Origin: Acholeplasma sp.
GTDB taxonomy: Bacteria; Bacillota_I; Bacilli_A; Acholeplasmatales; UBA5453
DNA length: 64,000 nucleotides
Direction of reading: 5' to 3'
Assembly (NCBI GenBank): GCA_036677365.1
Contig: JAVBWN010000027.1
Span: 28,238-92,237, forward strand
Under the pieces are notes generated by a model. The model was not told the origin of the DNA and ran no database searches. It saw only the letters and a program-made list of their open reading frames with translations. A program made the translations under genes and the position numbers. Below are positions 39,671-51,162 of this stretch, piece after piece; the first letter of the stretch is position 1, and the number at the start of each line of letters is the position of its first letter.

Positions 39671-41803
39671 ATGAGCGAAAAGCGCATTTATGAAACGGTC
39701 ATTGGTGGCCGTACGCTAAGAGTCGAAATCGGCGAATTAGCGAAACAAGCCAACGCAGCAGCGATGCTCTATTACGGAGACTCGGCTGTATTATCGGTTG
39801 CAGTTGCTAAAGATTCTGCATCCACCCAAGATTTTTTCCCTTTAACAGTGTTATACCAAGAAAAACTATACGCTGCTGGTAAAATTCCTGGTGGTTTCTT
39901 GAGACGTGAAGGTCGTCCTTCCGAACATGAAACCTTAACCTCCCGTTTAATTGACAGACCGATCCGTCCATTATTCCCAGATGGTTATAGAAATGAAGTT
40001 CAAATCATCAATACCGTCATGTCATCTGATCATGACGCAACCCCAGAAATGACCGCACTCATTGGTTCATCACTCACATTGATGTTATCCAATATCCCAT
40101 TTAAGATGGGTGTGGCTGGTGTGATTGTTGGCCGTGTCAATGGCAAACTCATCATCAACCCAACCGTGGCTGAAATGGAACAAAGTGACATTGATTTGAC
40201 CGTTGCTGGTACTAAAGAAGCCATCAACATGGTTGAAGCAGGTGCGAAACAAGTATCTGAAGAAGATATGTTGGCTGCATTGATGTTTGGTCACGCTGAA
40301 ATCAAGAAAATCGTAGAATTCCAAGAACAAATTCAAAAAGAATTGGGTCAAGAAAAAGCCCCATTCGATATGTTTATTGTGGATAAAGACATCGAACAAG
40401 CCGTTAAGGCATTCGCAGAAGCCCGTTTGATTAAAGCGGTATCCGTTAAGGGTAAACACGAAAGACAACATGCCATTGACTTAATTGTGGAAGAAACCGT
40501 TGAAAAATTTGGTGCGAAAGCATTCTTTAAAGAAGTTGAAGGCGTGAAAGTGTTTGACGCTGAAGCGAAAGATACTTATATGAAGTCCGTTAAAATGACT
40601 TTAGAAAACATCGAAATCGATGAAGTCAGACGTCTGATTACTGAAGATAAAGTAAGACCAGATGGCCGTAAAGTAAATGAAATTCGTCCTTTATCCAGCC
40701 GTGTAGACTTATTGCCACGTGTTCATGGTTCTGCCTTGTTCACACGCGGTCAAACTCAAGCATTGTCGATTACAACCTTAGGTTCTTTAGGTGAAAACCA
40801 AATCATTGATGGGCTATCCCCAGAAGATTCTAAACGTTTTATGTTACATTATAACTTCCCTCAATTCTCTGTCGGTGAAACCGGTCGTTATGGTTCCCCA
40901 GGTCGTCGTGAAATTGGTCACGGTGCACTTGGTGAAAGAGCCATCCTTCAAGTCTTACCAAGCGAAGAAGAATTCCCATATACCATCCGTGTGGTTTCTG
41001 AAATCTTAGAATCCAACGGTTCCACTTCTCAAGCTTCGATTTGTGCAGGTACCATGAGCTTAATGGCTGCAGGTGTCCCATTAAAAGCACCGGTCGCTGG
41101 TATCGCGATGGGCTTGATCAAAAAAGGTGAAGCTTATACCATCCTTTCAGACATCCAAGGGTTGGAAGACCACTTTGGTGATATGGACTTTAAAGTGGCT
41201 GGTACAAAAGAAGGTATTACAGCACTTCAAATGGACATCAAGATTGACGGTTTAACTGAAGACATTTTAAGAGAAGCTTTGGCACAAGCCAAAGAAGGTC
41301 GCTTAGAAATATTGAATCACATGTTACAAACCATCCCGACAGTTAGAGAAGAATTATCACCATACGCGCCAAAAGTTGTCATGATGAAGATCAACCCTGA
41401 TAAGATTCGTGATGTCATCGGTTCGGGTGGTAAGATCATCAGCCAAATCATTGAAGATTGCAACCAAGTTAAGATTGACATCGAACAAGATGGTCGTGTG
41501 TTCTTGATGCACTCGGATATGGTATGGATCAAGAAAGCGAAAGCGATGATTGAAAACCTCACAAAACAAGCTGAAATCGGTAAGATTTATGAGGGTACCG
41601 TTGTTAGAATTGAAAAATTCGGTTGCTTCGTTGAATTATGGAAAGGCACTGAAGGTTTAGTTCATATTTCCAAATTGGCGAAAGAACGCGTAGAAAAAGT
41701 AGAATCCGTCGTTTCTGTGGGTGATGTCATCCTCGTTAAATGCATCGGCATCGATGACAAAGGCCGTATTGACCTTTCAAGAAAAGACGCTTTAGAACAA
41801 TAA
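39671..41803 (+). CDS. pnp: Polyribonucleotide nucleotidyltransferase
   Basis: [30 protein letters not shown] and S1 domains. Confidence 0.98.
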   Translation: MSEKRIYETVIGGRTLRVEIGELAKQANAAAMLYYGDSAVLSVAVAKDSASTQDFFPLTVLYQEKLYAAGKIPGGFLRREGRPSEHETLTSRLIDRPIRPLFPDGYRNEVQIINTVMSSDHDATPEMTALIGSSLTLMLSNIPFKMGVAGVIVGRVNGKLIINPTVAEMEQSDIDLTVAGTKEAINMVEAGAKQVSEEDMLAALMFGHAEIKKIVEFQEQIQKELGQEKAPFDMFIVDKDIEQAVKAFAEARLIKAVSVKGKHERQHAIDLIVEETVEKFGAKAFFKEVEGVKVFDAEAKDTYMKSVKMTLENIEIDEVRRLITEDKVRPDGRKVNEIRPLSSRVDLLPRVHGSALFTRGQTQALSITTLGSLGENQIIDGLSPEDSKRFMLHYNFPQFSVGETGRYGSPGRREIGHGALGERAILQVLPSEEEFPYTIRVVSEILESNGSTSQASICAGTMSLMAAGVPLKAPVAGIAMGLIKKGEAYTILSDIQGLEDHFGDMDFKVAGTKEGITALQMDIKIDGLTEDILREALAQAKEGRLEILNHMLQTIPTVREELSPYAPKVVMMKINPDKIRDVIGSGGKIISQIIEDCNQVKIDIEQDGRVFLMHSDMVWIKKAKAMIENLTKQAEIGKIYEGTVVRIEKFGCFVELWKGTEGLVHISKLAKERVEKVESVVSVGDVILVKCIGIDDKGRIDLSRKDALEQ

Positions 41804-41807
41804 TTTA

Positions 41808-41835
41808 AAGAAGATGCCTCGGCATCTTTTTTGTT
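41808..41835 (+). terminator. Intrinsic terminator after pnp
   Basis: aagatgc ctcg gcatctt + T-run. Confidence 0.8.
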
Positions 41836-41846
41836 AGGAGATTTTG

Positions 41847-42182
41847 ATGAATACAGTGGATGTAAAGACCGGTATGCCAACGGTTGAAGTTGCGAAAACG
41901 TTGTTACTGAATGGGATCAAAAGACATAAATCCGAAAAAGTCATTAAAATCATCCACGGATATGGTTCTTCTGGTGTGGGTGGTAAAATCAAACACATGG
42001 TCCATGAAATATTAGAAAATTTAAAAGAAAGTAATCAAATTCGTGATTTTATCCCCGGTGAAGCCTTAGTTTCATTCATGGGATATGCCGATTTGATTCA
42101 AAAATATAAGCCATTAATCCTGAATGATTCCGATTTTAAAAGAGGCAATGACGGGATCACATATGTCTTCATTAAGCCTTGA
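41847..42182 (+). CDS. Stand-alone Smr-domain protein
   Basis: KIIHGYGSSGVGGKIK and GNDGITYV. Confidence 0.82.
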   Translation: MNTVDVKTGMPTVEVAKTLLLNGIKRHKSEKVIKIIHGYGSSGVGGKIKHMVHEILENLKESNQIRDFIPGEALVSFMGYADLIQKYKPLILNDSDFKRGNDGITYVFIKP

Positions 42183-42214
42183 CATTTATCCTAATATACT
42201 ATAGAATATACTTC

Positions 42215-42553
42215 GTCAATTGAAGGTAATCGAGCCGGTTCGCCGGTTAGGAAAGTCCATGCTAGCACAGTCTGAGATGACTGTAGTGATTGTGCCTAAG
42301 GAAACAATAACTTAGGATACACCCTGGTGTAATGGCGGTTAAATTTGCTAAAGGCAACCATGCAAATACTGTAATGTGCCACAGAAACGAGTCCATTGGA
42401 AACGATGGAATGAAACGCGGTAAACCCCACAAGCTAGTAACCCAAATTTTGGTAGGGGCACTCGAAGCGCATAAACGAATGTAGCTTTGGGCTTATGATA
42501 GAGATAAATGATTACACTCGAAAGAGAACAGAACATGGCTTATGCAGATTGAC
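42215..42553 (+). ncRNA. rnpB: RNase P RNA (type B)
   Basis: GGAAAGTCCATGCT, GTGCCACAGAAA, CGGTAAACCCC, ACAGAACATGGCTTA; terminal gtcaat/attgac P1 stem; promoter TTGACA-17-TAGAAT upstream. Confidence 0.96.
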
Positions 42554-42556
42554 AAC

Positions 42557-42587
42557 AAAAAAACAGCAACCTCAGCTGTTTTTTTTG
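42557..42587 (+). terminator. Terminator after rnpB
   Basis: aaaacagc...gctgtttt + T-run. Confidence 0.8.
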
Positions 42588-42604
42588 TATAAGTCTATCG
42601 ATTG

Positions 42605-42638
42605 AAAGAAAAGATGCAACCCCAGGGGATTGCATCTC
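42605..42638 (-). terminator. Terminator of the FMN-type lipoprotein gene
   Basis: agatgcaa...ttgcatct hairpin with A-run on its left side. Confidence 0.7.
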
Positions 42639-42650
42639 ATTGTTTATTAA

Positions 42651-43577
42651 TTATTTACCAGCGTATGCGAAAATAGCGTCTAATAGCTTGTAGTAACCAG
42701 CAGTTCTGATGGTAACACCTGCAAGAGAGTCAACCATAACGCCATTCTTAGCACCAGCGCGGTCAGCGATTGGATCAACGGAACCGTCCCAACCATTTGC
42801 TGCAACATAGTCTAAGATTAATTGGATTTGTTCATTCCATTCAAGTGCAGTCTTTTCAGTAGCAGAAGCTGTCCAAGCACCATTAGCGAATACTTGTTTA
42901 GCACCTACACCCTTCATACCATATGCAGCACCTAATTCTTGTTTAGTTTGAGCATTCCATACGAAAGTACCTGTAGCTTGAGTTCTTGTAGATTGTCTTA
43001 CGTCGATTACTAAATCAGAAACTTTACCTTTAGCATCCACTTTCATGGTTGCAAAATAGAAGTCTGTGCTTGAGCAGTAGATAGAAGTGAATAGACCTTC
43101 TTTAGCGTTTGCAACTGCAGCTTTAGCAACTTCAGTGTAAGCATTCTTGATGGTAACACCAGCCATACCGTCAACTGCGAAAGCTTCGCCGATTGGGGTA
43201 GAATCTAATGAATCAACACCATTTTTTAATAAGTATGCTTCGATTAAAGCAGCTTGTTCGTACCATTCTAATTGGCCTTCAACTTTAGCCATACCATAGT
43301 CATCACCAAGTTCTTTTTTAGTCTTAGCGTTCCATGCCCATGTGTAAGCTTGTGTTTCAGAGTTTTGAGTTCTTGTACCTTGACGAACATCAATGTTGTA
43401 ACCTACAATTTTACCTTTTTCAATGGTAACAGTTACGAAAGTTACTTGAGGTTTGTTGTTGTTCACTTCAAGGCTGTATGCTAAGAATTCGCCGTCAACT
43501 TTGAATTCTTTTTCTTGGCATGCAGACAAGCCAAAAGCGGCAACTACGACAAGTAGTAATACCAAAATCTTTTTCAT
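42651..43577 (-). CDS. Lipoprotein with two tandem FMN-binding-like (COG4939-type) domains
   Basis: Lipobox LSAC; duplicated IDVRQ.TRTQ, TK.ELG..YGM, LEW.EQ and D..AGVTI motifs; promoter TTGCAT-17-TATAAT. Confidence 0.75.
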   Translation of the reverse strand: MKKILVLLLVVVAAFGLSACQEKEFKVDGEFLAYSLEVNNNKPQVTFVTVTIEKGKIVGYNIDVRQGTRTQNSETQAYTWAWNAKTKKELGDDYGMAKVEGQLEWYEQAALIEAYLLKNGVDSLDSTPIGEAFAVDGMAGVTIKNAYTEVAKAAVANAKEGLFTSIYCSSTDFYFATMKVDAKGKVSDLVIDVRQSTRTQATGTFVWNAQTKQELGAAYGMKGVGAKQVFANGAWTASATEKTALEWNEQIQLILDYVAANGWDGSVDPIADRAGAKNGVMVDSLAGVTIRTAGYYKLLDAIFAYAGK

Positions 43578-43759
43578 TATTAAATTCCTCCTATGAATTG
43601 ATTTATTACGATACCATTATATCTTTTTGTCAAATAAAATGCAATCCTATTTGAAATTGACTTCTTTGAAAACGTTTTATTTCTAATTAAGCTTCACCAG
43701 ATTGAAATATCTTGCTTATAAAGCCCTAAAATGATAAAATTTTAACGTTAGAAAGTGAT

Positions 43760-45592
43760 GTGCAACCCTTGAATAAACATGATATTTTAGAAAGACAAAA
43801 ACGAATCAGAAATTTTTCGATTATCGCGCATATAGACCATGGTAAATCTACCCTCGCGGATAGAATTTTGGAACAAACTCAAACCCTCACGCAACGTGAG
43901 ATGAAAGAACAAATTCTCGATGGGATGGACCTTGAAAGAGAACGTGGTATCACCATCAAATTGACAGCGGTAGAAATCAAATATCGCGCATTGGATGGCG
44001 AGATTTATACGTTCCACTTGATTGATACCCCAGGGCATGTCGATTTCACCTATGAAGTATCTCGCTCACTGGCAGCTTGTGAAGGCGCGATTTTAGTCGT
44101 GGATGCTGCCCAAGGCATCCAAGCTCAAACCTTAGCGAATGTCCATTTAGCCCTACAAAATAACCTTGAAATCTTACCAGTCATCAATAAAATCGATTTA
44201 CCGAGTGCTGACCCTGAAAAAGTTAGAAATGAAATTGAAGATGTGATTGGTATTCCTGCAGACCACGCGGTATTGGCTTCGGCTAAAGCTGGCATTGGAA
44301 TCCAAGAAATCATGGAACAAGTGGTCGCCCATGTACCTGCACCACAAGGTTCCATCGATGAACCATTGCAAGCTTTGATCTTTGACTCGATTTTCGATGC
44401 GTATCGTGGGGTCATCCCTTACATTCGAATCAAAAATGGGATTGTCAGAAAAGGCGATATCATTGAGATGATGAGCAATGGTGCAACCTATGAGGTCATT
44501 GAAGTCGGTGTCCATGCCCCAAGAGAAGAAAAACGTGAGTTCCTCGCTGCTGGTGACGTAGGTTACCTCACAGCAGCCATTAAAACCATCTCACACGTAC
44601 GCGTAGGCGATACTATTACATTAAAGAATAATCGTGCAAAACAAGCCCTACCAGGTTATCGCAAATTGAACCCTGTGGTATTCTGTGGACTTTACCCGAT
44701 TGATTCTTCCAAATTTAACGAATTGAAAGATGCATTGGATAAATTAGCGCTCAATGACGCTTCACTGGCTTATGAACCTGAAACCTCTCAAGCCTTAGGG
44801 TTTGGATTTAGAACTGGTTTCTTAGGTTTACTGCACATGGAAGTTGTTCAAGAACGCCTAGACCGTGAGTTCGGCATAGAACTGATTGCAACAGCCCCAT
44901 CGGTTATTTACCATGTCAATTTAACCAATGGTGATCAACTGGTCATCGATAACCCATCCAAATTACCAACCCCTCAAGAAATTGAGTCCATTGAAGAACC
45001 TTATGTGGTAGCTACCATCATGTGTCCATCTGATTATGTGGGTGCAGTTATGGATTTAGCACAACGTAAACGCGGGATTTTCATGGATATGAACTATTTG
45101 GATAAAACGCGTGTCATGATTCATTATGAATTGCCATTATCAGAAATCGTCTATGATTTTTTTGATAAATTGAAATCAAGCACCCGTGGTTATGCGTCAT
45201 TTGACTATGAAATTGGTGAGTATAAAGAATCGCGACTTCAAAAAATGGATATATTACTCAACGGCGATGTTGTGGATGCTTTATCCCTCATTGTCCATAG
45301 AGATTTTGCTTACCAAAGAGGTAAAGTCATTTGTGAAAAGTTAAAAGAATTAATCCCAAGACAAATGTTTGAAATTCCTGTTCAAGCAGCGGTTGGTAAT
45401 AAGATCATTGCGAGAGAAACCATCAAAGCGATGCGCAAAGACGTATTGGCGAAATGTTATGGTGGCGATATCTCACGTAAACGTAAACTATTAGAGAAAC
45501 AAAAAGAAGGTAAGAAGAAGATGAAAGCGGTGGGTTCGGTCGACGTCCCACAAGAAGCGTTCCTCGCCATCTTGTCCAATTCAGAAGAATAA
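43760..45592 (+). CDS. lepA: Elongation factor 4
   Basis: [41 protein letters not shown]. Confidence 0.98.
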   Translation: MQPLNKHDILERQKRIRNFSIIAHIDHGKSTLADRILEQTQTLTQREMKEQILDGMDLERERGITIKLTAVEIKYRALDGEIYTFHLIDTPGHVDFTYEVSRSLAACEGAILVVDAAQGIQAQTLANVHLALQNNLEILPVINKIDLPSADPEKVRNEIEDVIGIPADHAVLASAKAGIGIQEIMEQVVAHVPAPQGSIDEPLQALIFDSIFDAYRGVIPYIRIKNGIVRKGDIIEMMSNGATYEVIEVGVHAPREEKREFLAAGDVGYLTAAIKTISHVRVGDTITLKNNRAKQALPGYRKLNPVVFCGLYPIDSSKFNELKDALDKLALNDASLAYEPETSQALGFGFRTGFLGLLHMEVVQERLDREFGIELIATAPSVIYHVNLTNGDQLVIDNPSKLPTPQEIESIEEPYVVATIMCPSDYVGAVMDLAQRKRGIFMDMNYLDKTRVMIHYELPLSEIVYDFFDKLKSSTRGYASFDYEIGEYKESRLQKMDILLNGDVVDALSLIVHRDFAYQRGKVICEKLKELIPRQMFEIPVQAAVGNKIIARETIKAMRKDVLAKCYGGDISRKRKLLEKQKEGKKKMKAVGSVDVPQEAFLAILSNSEE

Positions 45593-45618
45593 CATCCCAA
45601 CATGGGATGTTTTTTTTT
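45591..45618 (+). terminator. Intrinsic terminator after lepA
   Basis: aacatccca aca tgggatgtt + T-run. Confidence 0.85.
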
Positions 45619-45935
45619 ATTTTATCCATTTTTTAAATCAATAGAGTATGTGTAAATCTACGTATCTTGATAGATAAAAACAAACCTTTACTTCGTATCA
45701 GGTATGTATAAATATCATTTTTTCATAGGTATTTCATCGTTATTATTATCAGTTTAATACCGAATTTATGCGAAGAATAGCCTAATAATAGATTTATCAA
45801 TATATATAAAATTCTACGCAATGTAAAAAACTAATCTAAATCCCTTTTCAGCCATATATAAAAATGTAAGATACATGTTATAATCAATCCAGATGTAAGC
45901 GTTTTTTCTATTATAATGAAAGTGAAGGTAGCTAT

Positions 45936-46766
45936 ATGAACTCGATTGACGGCCTACTCGTGGCCAATTTTACTGAATTATCTTTATATGAATGTGGCAG
46001 AGAAAAATGTCAACCGGACAAGCGTATTCTCATGGACATCAAACCGTATCATATTTTTCACTATGTGCTTTATGGGTCAGGTGTCTTTATCTTGAATGCG
46101 AAAAAGTATTTTTTAAAAAAGGGTGATTTGTTTTATGTCCCACCTGGATACACAGCCCAGTATTACCCAGATGCGAACGACCCGTGGATTTATGTTTGGA
46201 TTGGATTTAATGGCTCACGTTCGGATGATTATTTGAGCCGTATTGGTTTGTCTTTGGATCAACCGATATACCACGATGCAAAATCCTTAGAACTCAAAGC
46301 GTTATTCAATGATTTAGCTGATAAATATAATCATTCTAAATACTTAACTTTAGAATCACTTTCGGTTTTCATCAGTATTTTGTATCGAATGCTCATCAGT
46401 AATCGAAAAAAAGATGTATTGTTGAGTTCAAAAGAGACGCATATACGCATGGCAAAACAATTTATGGAGAATAATTTTCAGTTTAAAATCAAGATTACCG
46501 ATGTTGCGAATGCTTTATCGTTAAGCCCAAACTATCTGGCCAATATCTTTAAAGAACAACTAGGCACTTCACCTAAAGAATATTTGATTGAGTATCGCAT
46601 GCAAAAAGCCAGTCAATACTTGATCAATTCAACGATGTCGGTAAAAGAAATCGCATCGAAAGTCGGTTACGACAATGCTTTACATTTCTCAGCAGAATTT
46701 AAACGCATTAAGAAGGTTTCACCAACCTTATATCAAAAAAACAATCATTTGACGGAGGAATCATGA
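45936..46766 (+). CDS. AraC family transcriptional regulator (cupin + double HTH)
   Basis: HYVLYGSG, PWIYVWIGF, LSPNYL, IASKVGYDNALHFSAEFKR. Confidence 0.93.
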   Translation: MNSIDGLLVANFTELSLYECGREKCQPDKRILMDIKPYHIFHYVLYGSGVFILNAKKYFLKKGDLFYVPPGYTAQYYPDANDPWIYVWIGFNGSRSDDYLSRIGLSLDQPIYHDAKSLELKALFNDLADKYNHSKYLTLESLSVFISILYRMLISNRKKDVLLSSKETHIRMAKQFMENNFQFKIKITDVANALSLSPNYLANIFKEQLGTSPKEYLIEYRMQKASQYLINSTMSVKEIASKVGYDNALHFSAEFKRIKKVSPTLYQKNNHLTEES

Positions 46767-48811
46767 GAAAACACATCACTTTATTCATCATCACGTTGCT
46801 ATTCATCACCACATTAGTGGCTTGTCAATCCAAAAGCTATGTCGACTATATCGATAAACCCATCCAATATACGCCAACGATTGGTACCAAACGAAATAAT
46901 GAGTCCATCGCAGACTTGAAAGTTATTTATGATGACGATACGGCAGACCAAATCCAAGTTTTGCCTGTTGACCTACCCGATGATTTCATTATTGGTGTAG
47001 ATATGTCATCCATCCTCGATGTATTAGCCAAAGGCGGCGTATTCTACAATGCAAATGGTGAGGAACAAGACGTTTTTGAAATCTTAAAAGATTATGGCGT
47101 CAATTATGTCCGAATTCGTTTGTGGCACAACCCTACCAATGAGCAAGGTTTAGGTTTTGGTGGCGGCAACAACGACACAAACACTGGTATTGAAATTGCC
47201 AAAAGAGCTGCACGTGTAGGTATGAGAATTGCACTCGATTTCCACTACAGCGACTTTTGGGCAGACCCATCCAAACAAAGCATCCCGCGTGCTTGGACTG
47301 GTTTTACAGATGAACAAGTCGTGGACGCCATATATACCTATACGAAAGATACCTTAAAAGCATTTGAAAAAGCCGGCGTTAGACCGCATATGGTACAAAT
47401 CGGCAATGAAATAAACAACGGCATGGTATACCCAAATGGCAACATCGCTACCCGTGGATACCGTCGATTGGCGATGTTCTTAAATGCAGGTCTAAAAGCG
47501 GTCAAAGAAATCAGCCCAAAAATCCAAACCGTCATACATTTGGCTGAAGGGGCATCTGAACAACGATTAACCTACTTTTTCGATAAAATGGTCGAAAATA
47601 ATGTCGAATTTGACATCATAGGTTTATCCTATTATTCATTTTGGCATGGTACACTTGAAAAATTCCAACAAACATTGGCTGCATTAGAGGCACGATACCC
47701 ACAACAAATCGCAGTCATGGAATACTCTTATGGTTACACCGATTATAGCAACGAGTTCTCAGCCAATATTTACTCTTCGGAAATGGAATCCGAAGGCGGC
47801 TATAAAACATCGATGCAAGGACAAGCCAGTTACATACGAGATGTCAATGCTGCAGTTGCATCCATTGAATCTGGTATTGGTTCATTTTACTGGGAACCCG
47901 CTTGGTTAGCCGTCAGTGGGGCTGGTTGGGCTAGCAGTGGGGCAATTGAATACTTGACTGCACAAGGCGATGACGTTTCATCGATTGGTAAAGCATCTTG
48001 GGCCAACCAAGCATTGTTCAGTTTTTCTGGTAAGGTATTACCGAGTTTGAACGTATTCAATTTAATGCGAACATCCACCTTTGATGATGAACAAATTGAA
48101 ACATTGGAAACCGAACTGTCCGTAGTGATCAATATTCGTGCCAATGAAACTTTACCCACACATACCATTGCCTATACCTCACTGGATCGCCGTACGATGG
48201 TACCGATCACTTGGAATCCGACCGAATTAGCAACAATCCAAGGGGCTGGCAATTATACAATTCATGGCACTGTAACTCATGGCACGCAAACATTAAATGT
48301 GGTCTGTCAAGTCGAAGCTTATGAAAATTACCTCATCAATGGCAGTTTTGAAGAAGGCGGTAAAGTTACAGCTGACGTGAAAGATTTCAGTCTCGTCAAT
48401 GGCTGGTCTGTCACACAAACCGTCACAGGAGCGGTCAAGGTTGAAAGCAAAAACCCACGTACTACCGATAATAATGGCCACAATAACTTGAATATTTGGG
48501 CATCTGCTGCCTATGATTTCAGTGTTTATCAAACCGTCACACTACAACCAGGGACATATACTTTAATCGTTTATGGCAGAAGTGCGATGAACGGTGAAGT
48601 TCATCGACCAAATGTTCAACTTTATGTTTCAAGTGGTAATACAAATTTATTTGAACAAGCCTTTATATACGGTGTATCCTGGAGTGATTGGCAAAAAAAT
48701 GAAATGACATTCACACTTACAGAAACGCTCACTGTTCAAATTGGACTGAAAGGCAGCGGGGCAGCCACTGCATGGGCACATTTCGATGATTTCGCCCTAA
48801 AATCGATATAG
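46763..48811 (+). CDS. GH53 endo-beta-1,4-galactanase lipoprotein with Ig-like and CBM-like C-terminal modules
   Basis: Lipobox LVAC; GVDMSS, RIRLW, DFHYSDFWADP, QIGNE, YWEPAW; NGSFE...AHFDDF tail. Confidence 0.93.
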   Translation: MRKHITLFIITLLFITTLVACQSKSYVDYIDKPIQYTPTIGTKRNNESIADLKVIYDDDTADQIQVLPVDLPDDFIIGVDMSSILDVLAKGGVFYNANGEEQDVFEILKDYGVNYVRIRLWHNPTNEQGLGFGGGNNDTNTGIEIAKRAARVGMRIALDFHYSDFWADPSKQSIPRAWTGFTDEQVVDAIYTYTKDTLKAFEKAGVRPHMVQIGNEINNGMVYPNGNIATRGYRRLAMFLNAGLKAVKEISPKIQTVIHLAEGASEQRLTYFFDKMVENNVEFDIIGLSYYSFWHGTLEKFQQTLAALEARYPQQIAVMEYSYGYTDYSNEFSANIYSSEMESEGGYKTSMQGQASYIRDVNAAVASIESGIGSFYWEPAWLAVSGAGWASSGAIEYLTAQGDDVSSIGKASWANQALFSFSGKVLPSLNVFNLMRTSTFDDEQIETLETELSVVINIRANETLPTHTIAYTSLDRRTMVPITWNPTELATIQGAGNYTIHGTVTHGTQTLNVVCQVEAYENYLINGSFEEGGKVTADVKDFSLVNGWSVTQTVTGAVKVESKNPRTTDNNGHNNLNIWASAAYDFSVYQTVTLQPGTYTLIVYGRSAMNGEVHRPNVQLYVSSGNTNLFEQAFIYGVSWSDWQKNEMTFTLTETLTVQIGLKGSGAATAWAHFDDFALKSI

Positions 48812-48819
48812 GTGAATTC

Positions 48820-51123
48820 ATGAGAACAATTACCCCCTTAAACTATGGGTGGCGTTTTGGTAAGAAAACAGATGATTTGTTAAAATCAAATACGGATGAT
48901 ACTGACCTACCGTTGGTGGATATTCCGCATACGAACGCCACTTTTGGATACAACAACTATACGGAGTCCGTTTATCAATTTGAAAGTGTTTATCGAAAGC
49001 AAATTCATATAAGAAAAAACATTCAACGCAGACATTTTATTCGATTTGAAGGTGTATTACACCGTGCGGATGTCTATTTGAATGACCAATATGTTGGGAG
49101 ACACGATGGTGGTTATACTGCCTTTGAGTTTGAAGTTACCAAGCATGTAGAAGATGGGAACAATACCCTCATTGTCTGTGTAGACTCTAGAGAATCACTC
49201 AATATCCCCCCCTTTGGTAAAACCATTGATTATTTGACTTATGGTGGTATTTACCGGGAAGTGTATTGGATAGAAACACCAAATAATTACATTAAACATG
49301 TGCAAGTAACTTTAAAAGAAGCCGTACCTAATCCAAGTCTCCACTGGGCAATTCAAACCTCAGGTGGACAGATGGTGACGATTCATATGGAAAAAAACGG
49401 TCAGACAGTTCACCATGCCTCTTATGCATTAAATGAATTAATCACAATCGCCCCTGCAATTGATCTTTGGGATATTGACCACCCCCATTTATATGATGTC
49501 AAAGTTATATTGGATGGTGATGACATCTATACCTTTAGAACAGGATTTAAAATCAGTGAATTTAAATCTGATGGGTTTTATTTGAATGGAAAAAAGACGA
49601 AAATTATTGGTTTAAACCGTCATCAAATTTATCCTTATGTTGGCTATGCAATGCCAAAAAATGGACAAATCGAAGATGCTAAACTACTTAAATCATTGGG
49701 TAATGCTGTGAGAACATCACACTACCCGCAAAGCAAACATTTTCTCAATGCATGTGACGAATTAGGTATCTTGGTGTTTACAGAAGCCCCTGGGTGGCAA
49801 TATGTCGGCGATGCTTTTTGGCAATCATCCTATTTAAACCAAGTCCGAGAAATGGTTCAAGAACAACAACACCACCCTTCCATTATTTTGTGGGGTGTTA
49901 GGGTCAATGAATCCGGTGATTATGATGCTTTGTATGAGGCATCCAATGCATTATCAAAATCACTCGACCATAGACAAACTGGTGGTGTCAGATGCTTTAG
50001 CTTTTCAAGTTTACTCGAAGATGTCTATACGTATAATGATTTTTTCCACAATGGGTCTAATGCATACATGAAATCGTTGGATGACGTCATTCAAGGTAAT
50101 CCCCCTTACCTCATCACGGAATTCAATGGACACATGTTTCCAACCAAATCATTCGATACCCCATCTAGACAAATCGAACACGCTTTGAGATATGCACACA
50201 TCCTCGATGCTCATCTGGGTCACCCACGTGTATCTGGCAGTTTTGGTTGGCAGTTCGTGGATTACAATACACATCAGCAATTTGGCAGTGGTGATCACAT
50301 TTGTTATCATGGCATTTATGACGCATTCAGATTGCCAAAACAAGCAGCACACATTTACTTATCGCAACAAGACAAACCCCATTTGGCTGTATTAAATAGT
50401 ACCGACATCGGTGATTATGATGCTGGGTATATCGAAAAATTGGTTATCGCAACCAATTGTGATTTTGTTGAAGTGTTTCAAAATGATCGAAATATTGGTA
50501 GATTTTATCCAAATAAGCGCGCATTTCCACATCTTAAACACCCACCCATCATCATAGACGATTTCTATGGTGATGCTTATGAAAGTTTGGGTTTATCTAA
50601 AGAGGCGATTTTTCGTATGAAAAGCATTGCGAATGAAATGGCGAAACGTGGTGGCTTGGATAAATTAACACCTCAAGATCAATTCGATCCTAATGAGCTC
50701 AAACGCGCGTGGGAAATGTATGGCCGATACGTTGCCAACTGGGGTGCGGAGTCATTCACGTATACCATTGTTGGCAACCATAAAAATACCCTTTTAAAAC
50801 AAACGGTGGGTCCTTATCAAGACTATACCATCGATATTCATATACATGAACCCGTGGTTGAATTATTCGATACGTATGATGTTTGTAAAATCGACATCAC
50901 AGCCAAGGATAACTTAGGCAATTTGAAACCTTATGCTTTTGATGTCATTTCGATTGAAACCAACGATGTTTTAGAAATCATCGGTGACTCGCTGGTTTCT
51001 CTGATCGGTGGAAAACGCGCCATATGGGTCCGTACAAACAAAGTTGGGGATGGATGGGTAAAAATTAAACATCCAAAACGCACATTTGAAGCACAAATCG
51101 TTGTAAAACAAGGCTCAAACTAA
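48820..51123 (+). CDS. GH2 beta-galactosidase (cytosolic)
   Basis: GLNRHQ, RTSHYP, WGVRVNES, ITEFNGHMFP. Confidence 0.92.
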   Translation: MRTITPLNYGWRFGKKTDDLLKSNTDDTDLPLVDIPHTNATFGYNNYTESVYQFESVYRKQIHIRKNIQRRHFIRFEGVLHRADVYLNDQYVGRHDGGYTAFEFEVTKHVEDGNNTLIVCVDSRESLNIPPFGKTIDYLTYGGIYREVYWIETPNNYIKHVQVTLKEAVPNPSLHWAIQTSGGQMVTIHMEKNGQTVHHASYALNELITIAPAIDLWDIDHPHLYDVKVILDGDDIYTFRTGFKISEFKSDGFYLNGKKTKIIGLNRHQIYPYVGYAMPKNGQIEDAKLLKSLGNAVRTSHYPQSKHFLNACDELGILVFTEAPGWQYVGDAFWQSSYLNQVREMVQEQQHHPSIILWGVRVNESGDYDALYEASNALSKSLDHRQTGGVRCFSFSSLLEDVYTYNDFFHNGSNAYMKSLDDVIQGNPPYLITEFNGHMFPTKSFDTPSRQIEHALRYAHILDAHLGHPRVSGSFGWQFVDYNTHQQFGSGDHICYHGIYDAFRLPKQAAHIYLSQQDKPHLAVLNSTDIGDYDAGYIEKLVIATNCDFVEVFQNDRNIGRFYPNKRAFPHLKHPPIIIDDFYGDAYESLGLSKEAIFRMKSIANEMAKRGGLDKLTPQDQFDPNELKRAWEMYGRYVANWGAESFTYTIVGNHKNTLLKQTVGPYQDYTIDIHIHEPVVELFDTYDVCKIDITAKDNLGNLKPYAFDVISIETNDVLEIIGDSLVSLIGGKRAIWVRTNKVGDGWVKIKHPKRTFEAQIVVKQGSN

Positions 51124-51162
51124 ACCAAAGTTTAGTCAATATAGAGGAGAAAAAGGAGAAAA

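Noticed and set aside
42348..42536. 62-aa minus-strand ORF
   Set aside because: Lies antisense within the RNase P RNA
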